DNA of 64,000 nucleotides from an uncultured Caldilineales bacterium (GTDB lineage Bacteria; Chloroflexota; Anaerolineae; JAAEKA01), in contig CALESQ010000076.1 of the NCBI GenBank assembly GCA_937907455.1, positions 68,793-132,792 on the forward strand. Direction: 5' to 3'. The notes beneath the pieces were generated by a model that ran no database searches, was not told where the DNA came from, and saw only the letters and a list, made by a program, of their open reading frames with translations. Shown in pieces: positions 35,826 to 43,611 of the stretch (within the stretch, counting starts at the first letter, position 1; every line of letters begins with the position of its first letter). The position numbers and the translations under genes were made by a program.

Positions 35826-36431
35826 ATGAATCTCTCAGAGCGCCAGCAGCGCATGTATGATTTTATCCGTACATTTACCGAGGAAAACCAGTATCCGCCC
35901 ACCATTCGCGAGATCGGCGAGGCGGTAAAAATCAGCTCTACCTCTGTGGTGAACTACAACCTTAACAAGCTGGTAGCTGCCAAGCTGATCGAGCGTAACA
36001 AGGAAGTCTCGCGCGGCATTCGCGTGCAGGATGGCCGCGGTATTCCGTTGCTGGGTCACATTGCCGCCGGTCGTCCCATTACCGTCTTTCCGGAAAGTCG
36101 CGACAGTGCTGACACGCTGGACCTGGCTGTGGATATTGTAGGCCGCCGCGAAGATGTCTATGCGCTGCGTGTGCAGGGCGATTCGATGATTGATGCCCTG
36201 GTAGACAGCGGCGATCTGGTGATTTTGAAAGCGCAGAACGTCGCCAACAATGGTGACATGGTGGCGGCTTGGTTGCCGGAACGTGAGGAAACCACCCTGA
36301 AGTATTTCTTCCACGAAGGTGGAAAAGTTCGGCTTCAGCCGGCCAACCCCAACTATGAGCCGCTGATCCTGCCCGCTGATCAGGTGGAAATTCACGGCAA
36401 GGTTATCGCCATTGTGCGGCGCGTGGAATAG
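35826..36431 (+). CDS. lexA: LexA repressor
   Basis: LSERQQRMYDFIRTF..YPPTIREIGEAV wHTH, AAG cleavage site (HIAAGRP), and GDSM..K S24 peptidase motifs. Confidence 0.9.
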   Translation: MNLSERQQRMYDFIRTFTEENQYPPTIREIGEAVKISSTSVVNYNLNKLVAAKLIERNKEVSRGIRVQDGRGIPLLGHIAAGRPITVFPESRDSADTLDLAVDIVGRREDVYALRVQGDSMIDALVDSGDLVILKAQNVANNGDMVAAWLPEREETTLKYFFHEGGKVRLQPANPNYEPLILPADQVEIHGKVIAIVRRVE

Positions 36432-36548
36432 CCCGGCAGGTTGCTGCCCCATCCCACACTGCACCGGCCCTAACTTCCGCAGTCGTTGGGTCTGTGGTAC
36501 ACTGCCGCACACTGATTGCAAATTTTGTGCTGAAGGGATTGCCCGGCA

Positions 36549-37472
36549 GTGACTATTTCCCCTGGTTATGTTGTAGCAGGCCGCGCCCACTTGCTGGGGC
36601 GCAGCAAAGTGTTGTTCGATCTGCTGTTGCTGGCCGGTTTGGTGGCTACTGCGGCCCCGCGCCAGTTCTGGCCCATCCCCGTACTCGATCTGCTGCTGGT
36701 GCTGGTGTACCTGCGCTATGTTGGGCAAAAGCCCGCATTGCTCACCACATTGGCGCTGTTAAGCTGGGCATTGCTGCTGGCCATGGCTCCTGTGGCCCTG
36801 CGTAGCTACGGCGTAGGCGTGTGGGCGCTCTTCCCTCTGATTCCTGCATGGGCGGCTTTTGTGCTGACGCGACGCCTGCTGCTGCGCCAGATCGCCCTGG
36901 CCACTGTGGTGGTGATGGCAATTGGCCTGACGTTTTGGGCACGTACTGCGTTGGTGATTTCCTTTACCCCGCTTTCTGTGCTGGTAGCAGGCCTGATCAC
37001 CGCTGCCGGCATCGCCCTGCTCACCTGGCTGCTGCTACGCCTGCTGCGCTCCGATTCAGGCGCGCGTGATCTGTTGGCGCCTCCTGTGGCTGTGGTACGC
37101 GGCATTCTCATCGCACCGTTGAACTGGGTGGTGGGCGGCGTGCAAGCCGATTCACTGCGCCGCGAGCTGCAAGAGCTTCAGCAGCAGCACAATGCTCGTT
37201 GGATCGTCCTCGACCTTGCCCCCGGCGGCAGCATGAGCCGACACGATCTGCTGGCTATTGAGCAGGCCGCTGGTGAATTCAGCAACGGCCAATGCACTGT
37301 GGTTATCGCCCGCCCACCGGTGGATGCGATTGGTCACCTCGACGTGGCACAGCCTGTCGTGGGGCGCACCGAGCGCTTTGCCACCGTGGCTCAGGCCAGC
37401 GAGGCCGGGTTGCGTCGTTTAGGCTGGACTCAGGGAGGCGATCAGGCCCGCCGTCTGGTCACAACCTATTAG
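36549..37472 (+). CDS. hypothetical membrane protein with a C-terminal STAS-like domain
   Basis: About 6 TM segments, then a soluble region of about 110 aa (ARWIVLDLAPGGSMSRHDLLAIEQ) that resembles anti-sigma antagonist/STAS folds. The assignment is weak. Confidence 0.45.
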   Translation: MTISPGYVVAGRAHLLGRSKVLFDLLLLAGLVATAAPRQFWPIPVLDLLLVLVYLRYVGQKPALLTTLALLSWALLLAMAPVALRSYGVGVWALFPLIPAWAAFVLTRRLLLRQIALATVVVMAIGLTFWARTALVISFTPLSVLVAGLITAAGIALLTWLLLRLLRSDSGARDLLAPPVAVVRGILIAPLNWVVGGVQADSLRRELQELQQQHNARWIVLDLAPGGSMSRHDLLAIEQAAGEFSNGQCTVVIARPPVDAIGHLDVAQPVVGRTERFATVAQASEAGLRRLGWTQGGDQARRLVTTY

Positions 37473-38193
37473 CGCGGTCTGCGTGGCGACTAAGTACCAT
37501 GCCGCAGGTCACCATCACTGCCCAGGCAACAAGCTGAGCCACGCGCCAGCCCTCTATCACCGGCCCGTTTTCTGCCCGCAATCCGGTCAAAAACACCTGC
37601 ACTGCCGCATAACCAAAAAGCGTTACCCAGGCCAATTCGCCTGGGTATTTTTTTTGCCGTTCGTAGCGCAGCACCGTCGCTGCCAGCAGCAGCAGTAACG
37701 CCGCGTTCAGCAGCGCCACCGGGTGACGGCGCACACCGAACAGGCTCATTCCCCACGGCCAGGTGGTAGCCAACCCCAGATCGCGCCCGGCCAGCCACGC
37801 CGTCACGTTTACCACAGCCAACCCTATCAACATTGCTGGTGCTACAATATCCAGCAGCACGGGCAGACTCAAACGTTGTCGGCGCGTGTACCATGCTGCC
37901 ACCACCAACGCAGCCACTACGCCACCTGCGGGCAACAGCGCGCCCGGACTGAGCGACAGCAGTTGCAGCGGATCGTGGCGATACACGCTGAAATAGGCTA
38001 CACCATGCGCCAGACGTGCCCCAACCAGGCCTGCCAACAGTCCGTTGAAGCTCAAATTGTAAAGATGATCGGCTTGCACCCCGCGGCGCGGGGCGCGGCG
38101 CGCTGCCAGCCAGGTGGTGAAAAAAAAGGCCAGCAGCAGGCCAAGACCGTAGGTTTGCAGGCGCAAGGGGCCAACAGGAAGAGCTGGGTACAT
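37459..38193 (-). CDS. lgt: prolipoprotein diacylglyceryl transferase-like protein
   Basis: Polytopic membrane protein. GARLAHGVAYF, TWPWGM and RHPVALLNA align with Lgt motifs (GGRLGYVLFY, PWG, RHPSQLYE). The GN of the GRxGNF motif is not conserved. Confidence 0.6.
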   Translation of the reverse strand: MYPALPVGPLRLQTYGLGLLLAFFFTTWLAARRAPRRGVQADHLYNLSFNGLLAGLVGARLAHGVAYFSVYRHDPLQLLSLSPGALLPAGGVVAALVVAAWYTRRQRLSLPVLLDIVAPAMLIGLAVVNVTAWLAGRDLGLATTWPWGMSLFGVRRHPVALLNAALLLLLAATVLRYERQKKYPGELAWVTLFGYAAVQVFLTGLRAENGPVIEGWRVAQLVAWAVMVTCGMVLSRHADRANRL

Positions 38194-38200
38194 GGTCGGT

Positions 38201-38731
38201 TCAGGGATAGATGCTGCGCAGGGTTTGCGTCAGCACGGCATCGGTCATTGGGCCGATGAAAACGTTGCGCACAATTCCGTCGCGGTCAATGAAAAAGGTG
38301 GTAGGTAGCGAGTTGACCAGATAAAGCTGGCTGACTCCGGTGCGCTCGTCCAGCGCCACGGGGAAATCAAGCCCCAAAGTCTGGAAGTAAGTTGCTGCGG
38401 TGCTGGCGCTTTCGCCCTGGTTTACCCCAACCACCGCCACCCCTGAGGCCGCCAGACGTTCGTGCAGGCGTTGCAGCTCCGGCATTTCGGCACGGCAAGG
38501 GCCGCACCAGCTCGCCCAGAAGTTCAGCACCACCGGTTGGCCGCGCAAATCGGCCAATGTCAGCGCGTCGCTTTGCAGCATGGGCAAGGTGAAGTCGGGC
38601 GCGGGATGACCAACCGCCGGAGCGGGCGGCAACGCCGAAGCAGGCGCATCTACGGGCACACGCCCCCATGATAGCGCCAGCAAGCCTGATAAAGCCAGCA
38701 GCAGCGTCAGGGGTTTCCAGGGATTTTTCAT
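38201..38731 (-). CDS. TlpA/ResA-like thiol-disulfide oxidoreductase
   Basis: Signal/anchor peptide, APDFTL, and [19 protein letters not shown] (CxxC thioredoxin fold). Confidence 0.85.
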   Translation of the reverse strand: MKNPWKPLTLLLALSGLLALSWGRVPVDAPASALPPAPAVGHPAPDFTLPMLQSDALTLADLRGQPVVLNFWASWCGPCRAEMPELQRLHERLAASGVAVVGVNQGESASTAATYFQTLGLDFPVALDERTGVSQLYLVNSLPTTFFIDRDGIVRNVFIGPMTDAVLTQTLRSIYP

Positions 38732-38799
38732 GCACGTTTACCAATCAACTGGGAGAGCTTCTACAGACTTTTACTGAAAGCTGTGGCACTCTATACGCT

Positions 38800-40035
38800 A
38801 TGGCACGCAATTCCGCAAATCGCTTTGGAGCAATGCCGCCGCTGTCCGCTGTACAGCGGTTATTACGCGTGTCGGTGTTGCTGCCGTTTGTCAGCCTGGG
38901 ACTTTGGGCCTGGACACAGCCCCAACGGTTGATGGGGCAAGGCGCAGTGCCGGTGTTGCTTCTGATAGCATTAGCGGCAGCACCCGCCTTGCTGGTCTAC
39001 ATGTCGCGCACCGCCGGTAAACGAGATGATTGGGCCGTGCTGCTGTTTTTGCTGTGCCAAAGCGCTTTTAACAGCCTGCTGTACTTTCTGGGAGATCCGC
39101 TGCTGCACCCCATGCAGGCTGGCCCGTTTCGTCTGGTCGAACCAGGGATGTTGCTGCTGTTGGCGGCGGTTTTTGTGTCCTGGCAATATGGCTGGATCGG
39201 AGGTCTGGCTGCTGCCAGCAGCGCCATCGTGATTCATCTGGTTACTGCTACGCTGACACTGCGTTTCTGGCCCGATCTCGGTACCATTGATCTGCCCTTG
39301 CTGCGTCCTGATTTGATGTACGGCCTGTGTCTGATGATGGCCTATGTGGGGCAGGCATGGCGGCGGCAGCAGCACAGGCAGGTTCAGCAACACAGCCAAT
39401 GGCGGGTGATGGCAGCTACCGCCGAGGTGCTGGCTGTGGAGCGCGAGCGCCAGCGCGTGGCCGAAACGCTGCAACATGACCTGCTGCACACGCTCAATGC
39501 TTTGCAGACGCAGTTGGATGGCTTGAGCGACAGCGCGCAGGCGAGCGCGTCAGACGCACCTGACCAAGTGCGCGCTTTGCAGCAGCATTATCGCCGTGCT
39601 TTGTGGACAACCGATGCTTTGGTGGCCCGGCTACAGGCTGCGCCACTGCGTGAAATGGCCCTGCCCGACGCGCTGCATGTTTTGATGGACATGACTGCCG
39701 AGCGCCTGGGCCTGGCAGTGGACATGCAGGTACAGGCATTGCCTGCTGATTTGCCGGAGCAGAATGCCCTGGTTCTTTACCACGTTGCCGATCAGGCATT
39801 GGCGCACATAGCCGGTCACCGGCATCTGAGCCGCATCAACCTGCATCTGCTGGGCGTCGAGCGGGGCATCACGCTGACCCTGCACGATGATGGAGCCTGC
39901 CCCGATCGGCGTTGCAGCGGCGACAGCGATCTCGAAGGAGCCGAAGCCTGCCTGGCCTTGCTGGGCGGGCGCTTGTGCGCTCACACCGACGAGCGAGGCA
40001 ACACCCTGGCGGTGTGGTTGCCGGCTGCCTTGTAA
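38800..40035 (+). CDS. membrane sensor histidine kinase (HisKA_3 type), orphan, with a degenerate ATP-binding domain
   Basis: About 6 TM segments and an H-box ERERQRVAETLQHDLLHTL. The C-terminal region aligns only loosely with HATPase_c (QALAHIAGH, LHDDG). No response regulator gene is adjacent. Confidence 0.6.
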   Translation: MARNSANRFGAMPPLSAVQRLLRVSVLLPFVSLGLWAWTQPQRLMGQGAVPVLLLIALAAAPALLVYMSRTAGKRDDWAVLLFLLCQSAFNSLLYFLGDPLLHPMQAGPFRLVEPGMLLLLAAVFVSWQYGWIGGLAAASSAIVIHLVTATLTLRFWPDLGTIDLPLLRPDLMYGLCLMMAYVGQAWRRQQHRQVQQHSQWRVMAATAEVLAVERERQRVAETLQHDLLHTLNALQTQLDGLSDSAQASASDAPDQVRALQQHYRRALWTTDALVARLQAAPLREMALPDALHVLMDMTAERLGLAVDMQVQALPADLPEQNALVLYHVADQALAHIAGHRHLSRINLHLLGVERGITLTLHDDGACPDRRCSGDSDLEGAEACLALLGGRLCAHTDERGNTLAVWLPAAL

Positions 40036-40087
40036 TCAGCTTGCCGCGCGCCACCGCTGGTTGAAGCGCGGCGACAAGCGGACGCTG

Positions 40088-42211
40088 CTAGGGGCGATTG
40101 CGGCGAAACACCAGCTCAAACGCCTGTGTGCCGATCACACCACGCAGACGCAGTTCATCGTTGCTGATTTCGTAGCTGCTGGCTACCTGCAAGCGGGCCA
40201 AATACTGGTTTTCCTGTTCCATGATAGCCGTTTCACAGGTCAGGGTGGAGATACTGAGCGGGCCAAAGGTGATGCCCTGCCCGGTGGTGCTAAACGAACC
40301 GTCGTAGGTGTTGCAGCCACCATTGCCGCTGATGACGCCATTCTGGAAGTTGGCGGTGGCCGTTGAACCGGCCAGCGTGTTTTGCAGCACCCACGATGTG
40401 CCTTGCAGCGCCGGTGGCGGCGTGGTTGTGGCGGTTGCTGCGCTTACTTGCACCGTGCGACTGGTGTCGGCGCTTTGCCCGGCGACGCTGATCACGGTAA
40501 GGCGCACGCTATAGCTGCCTGGCTGAGCAAAGACATGGTTCACTGTAGGCCCGGTGGCGCTGTCGCCATCACCAAAGCTCCAGCGATATTCGTTCAGCCC
40601 GCCGCTGGGGGTTGAACTGCTGCCGTCGAAAGTGACAGCCACCCCAGCCGTAGCCTGTTCTGGCCCGGTGATAACCGCATTGGGAGGAGCCACCGCCGTG
40701 GGTGTGGCTGTGGGTACAGCAATGATGATTTGTTGGCTGGCTACACCGCTTAGACCGGCATCATCCGTTACCACCAGGGTGATGTCAAAGGTGCCGGCCA
40801 CGGCATAGGTTTTGTCAGCCTGCGCCTGGTCGCTGTTGCTGCCATCCCCAAAGCGCCAGGCATAGCTGACAATACGCCGCCCCGCGGCTGCGGTGGAGCC
40901 AGTCGCATCGAAGCGCAGCGGGCTGCCCGTCATCCCCTGAGCAGGGCCAGTGATCACCGCGGTGGGTGGCTGAGCCGCTTGCTGTTGCCAGCTCAACGCT
41001 ACCTGCGCACCGCCCTCCAGGCTGAGATATTCCACCACAACGCTGTGTTCTCCGCGCGTCAGCACACCGGTATCGGCAGTCAGCACGCGTCCGGGGCCGT
41101 TCTGCCAGTCATCCAGCAGCGGGCGGCCATCTACCCAGATGCGCAATCCGCCTTGCACGGTGGCTTGCAGGCGATAGTTGGCCTCTTCAAAGGCGACGCG
41201 ACGTGACCAGCGCACCGAGAAGTTATCTGTGGGCAGGCCCGCTGCCGCCGCGCCTTGTCCCCAGTTGAAGTTGATCTCGCCATCATCTTGCACCAGCGCC
41301 GGGGGGGCTTGCAGGTTAGGGTTATCGAAATACTCCCCTTTCCAGCCGCGGAAGGTGACGAGTGGCGTTGGCGTGGTTGTGGGCACAGGCGGCGGCGTTA
41401 GCACCGGTACGGCCGCGGCATTGCTGGCCTGGATGCGCTCCGCTGCGGCCCAGCCTTGTCCGCCCTGAATATTGTCGCCCTGCAGCAGCCACCACAGACC
41501 ATCGGCGCTTTTGCCGGTGATGGCGGCACTGCCGCCCGCGGGCAGCAGGCCAATCACCGGATAGACCTCGCCGGGGCCGGAGCGCACCGAAACATTCCCC
41601 AGAGCCGTGGCGGTTGCACCCTGATCTACAGCGATCACCGTGGTGGTGAGCGCCGTGCTGCTGGGCTGAGCCAGGGCGGTGGGGGTGGAAGTGTTGCCCG
41701 GTTGAGCAAACAGCCGGTTGAGCAGCCATAGCACCAGCAGCGCAAGCACCGCCAGGGCAATCACTGCGGCAATCAAGCCGCCGCGGTTGCCGGTCGGTTT
41801 GGCTGTGCTGCCGGCTTGCGCGGATGCAGTCGCGGTGGCTGGGCGCGCGGTTGGCCGGGCCGCCGGGGGCGTGCCCGCCGGGCGCGTGGGTGGCATAGGC
41901 CGGGCCGGGCGCGGTGTGGCCGCTTGCGTCGTGTCGGCGGGGCCGCTCCACGTCGGCGGTGCAGTGGGCGATATCAGGCCCACCCGGGCCAGCTCGGCGC
42001 GGTCGCCATCATCCAGTGGCAGCACGCCGAGACTCAGCCGCTCCAACGCAGCCTGCAAGTCGGATTGCGCCATGAAATCGAGGCGTGCGCCGGTGGCCTG
42101 CTCCAGGCGCGGCACATCCTGCTGGTTGAGCTTGTATACGGCCGCGGGCGTGCCGCGGTAGATCACCAACGTGCTGAACGCCTGACGGATGACGTGGATA
42201 TCGTTGGTCAT
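40088..42211 (-). CDS. membrane-anchored surface protein with SH3b, PA14, 2x PKD and META domains
   Basis: TM segment at about aa 150. FRGWKGEYFDNPNL..FNW..NFSVRW (PA14), two YAWRFGDG/YRWSFGDG PKD modules, and a C-terminal META/HslJ-like segment (GNGGCNTYDGSF). Confidence 0.8.
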   Translation of the reverse strand: MTNDIHVIRQAFSTLVIYRGTPAAVYKLNQQDVPRLEQATGARLDFMAQSDLQAALERLSLGVLPLDDGDRAELARVGLISPTAPPTWSGPADTTQAATPRPARPMPPTRPAGTPPAARPTARPATATASAQAGSTAKPTGNRGGLIAAVIALAVLALLVLWLLNRLFAQPGNTSTPTALAQPSSTALTTTVIAVDQGATATALGNVSVRSGPGEVYPVIGLLPAGGSAAITGKSADGLWWLLQGDNIQGGQGWAAAERIQASNAAAVPVLTPPPVPTTTPTPLVTFRGWKGEYFDNPNLQAPPALVQDDGEINFNWGQGAAAAGLPTDNFSVRWSRRVAFEEANYRLQATVQGGLRIWVDGRPLLDDWQNGPGRVLTADTGVLTRGEHSVVVEYLSLEGGAQVALSWQQQAAQPPTAVITGPAQGMTGSPLRFDATGSTAAAGRRIVSYAWRFGDGSNSDQAQADKTYAVAGTFDITLVVTDDAGLSGVASQQIIIAVPTATPTAVAPPNAVITGPEQATAGVAVTFDGSSSTPSGGLNEYRWSFGDGDSATGPTVNHVFAQPGSYSVRLTVISVAGQSADTSRTVQVSAATATTTPPPALQGTSWVLQNTLAGSTATANFQNGVISGNGGCNTYDGSFSTTGQGITFGPLSISTLTCETAIMEQENQYLARLQVASSYEISNDELRLRGVIGTQAFELVFRRNRP

Positions 42212-42395
42212 TTGCTTATCTCCTCAAGCGGACAGGGAAGTTTGCAGCTCTGGTGCGTTGTCCCACGGAATGCGAAACAAAGGCACGGCTGGAATGAACA
42301 GGAACCATAGCATACCTGACGACGATTGACAAATGAAGCCAGGCAGGTGGCATTAACACGCTGCAAAGGCGGCGACTGTTCAGCAGTGATGGGTG

Positions 42396-42404
42396 TGCTA
42401 TAAT
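42396..42404 (+). promoter_or_regulatory. extended -10 promoter element (TGcTATAAT) upstream of the SRAP gene
   Basis: TGCTATAAT lies 82-90 nt upstream of the ATG at 42486. Confidence 0.5.
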
Positions 42405-42485
42405 AGCAGCCAGTGTGGCATCACCCTGAGGTTGCGCTGGCCGCATGATGACCCGTTTGCCTGTTTCACTGTATGAGGTGCAGCT

Positions 42486-43151
42486 ATGTGTGGACGTTAT
42501 ACGATTTTCACCGACCCTGGCCATCTGGCGGAGCGCTTTCAGGCTGAATTACCTGCGGATGGCTTGCAGGCGCGCTATAACGCCGCGCCCACGCAGTCGT
42601 TGCCGGTGATCCTAAACACCGACGACCCGCGGCGCATCGAACGGTTGCGGTGGGGGCTGGTGCCCTCTTGGTCCCAAGATCCTGCCATCGGCAGCCGCAT
42701 GATCAACGCCCGCGGTGAAACTGTGGCCGAAAAGCCTGCTTTTCGTGCTGCCTTGCGCAAGCGGCGTTGCCTGGTGCTGGCAGATGGCTTTTATGAATGG
42801 CGCAAGAATCCCATCGGCCCCAAAACACCGCTGCGCTTCACCCTGGCTGATGGAGCGCCTTTTGCCTTTGCCGGTCTGTGGGAAATGTGGAATGCGCCGG
42901 ACGGCAGTGTGTTGCGCACCTTTACGATCATCACCGGTCAGCCTAACGAGCTGGTAGCGCCGGTACATGACCGTATGCCGGCTATCCTGCTGCCTGAGCA
43001 TGAGGCGATCTGGCTGGATAATGCTGCCGAGCCGGCGATTTGGCAGGACATCTTGCGCCCCTACCCGTCCGAGCGTATGGCGGTCACGTCAGCTTCGCGT
43101 CGCGTCAACGCGGTCAGCAACGACGATGTGGCGGTGTTGACCGATGCTTAA
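42486..43151 (+). CDS. yedK: SOS response-associated peptidase (SRAP/YedK family, abasic-site DNA-protein crosslink)
   Basis: The N-terminal MCGRY catalytic Cys2 motif, YNAAPTQ, RWGLVP, NARGET and FYEW motifs are typical of SRAP proteins. Confidence 0.9.
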   Translation: MCGRYTIFTDPGHLAERFQAELPADGLQARYNAAPTQSLPVILNTDDPRRIERLRWGLVPSWSQDPAIGSRMINARGETVAEKPAFRAALRKRRCLVLADGFYEWRKNPIGPKTPLRFTLADGAPFAFAGLWEMWNAPDGSVLRTFTIITGQPNELVAPVHDRMPAILLPEHEAIWLDNAAEPAIWQDILRPYPSERMAVTSASRRVNAVSNDDVAVLTDA

Positions 43152-43196
43152 GCCAGCGACAAGCCGCCACAACCGTGGCGGCAAACGGACGGGCAT

Positions 43197-43240
43197 GGTC
43201 AGGAGATTGGGAACCGTCCCGGAGGGGGGCCGGTCCGAAC
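43197..43240 (+). repeat. dispersed structured element, diverged copy
   Basis: GGTCAGGAGATTGGGAACCGTCCCGGAGGGGGGCCGGTCCGAAC, 46 nt after the SRAP stop. Confidence 0.7.
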
Positions 43241-43484
43241 GGGAGTCTTAAGCCGAAGGGGCCGAGCAATCTCCAGGACACTCATCTCCTCACCCCATCA
43301 CCTTGCCACTTCGGTAGTGTGTGACTTTCGGTTGAATGACAAGAGTCGGGCAATGAATGGTTTCGGCTCAGAGAGCGAAGCGCTCTCAAGCGCTCTCCGA
43401 AAGCCCCGGCAGGGGCTTGGTGGCCTGAGCCACCGAATTCAATTCGGTGGCGATACTCTGTACACACCCTGCCACTTCCTTAAC

Positions 43485-43512
43485 TTGTGCGAATACGGGC
43501 AATGTATACAAT
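43485..43512 (+). promoter_or_regulatory. candidate promoter of the C11 peptidase gene
   Basis: TTGTGC (43485..43490), a 16-nt spacer, then TACAAT (43507..43512). Confidence 0.4.
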
Positions 43513-43554
43513 GAAATTGCCTGAAACAGGCTTGCCTCGACAGCAAGCAATGCA

Positions 43555-43594
43555 GCCTGCCGACCTGAGACAGGTTTTCTGGCAGGCAGTTTTC
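43555..43594 (+). terminator. terminator-like hairpin with a T-run inside the putative 5' UTR (possible attenuator)
   Basis: GCCTGCC...GGCAGGC stem enclosing an ACCT/AGGT inner stem, followed by AGTTTTCTG. Ends 18 nt before the ATG at 43612. Confidence 0.4.
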
Positions 43595-43611
43595 TGTGAG
43601 GAGATAAAGAG

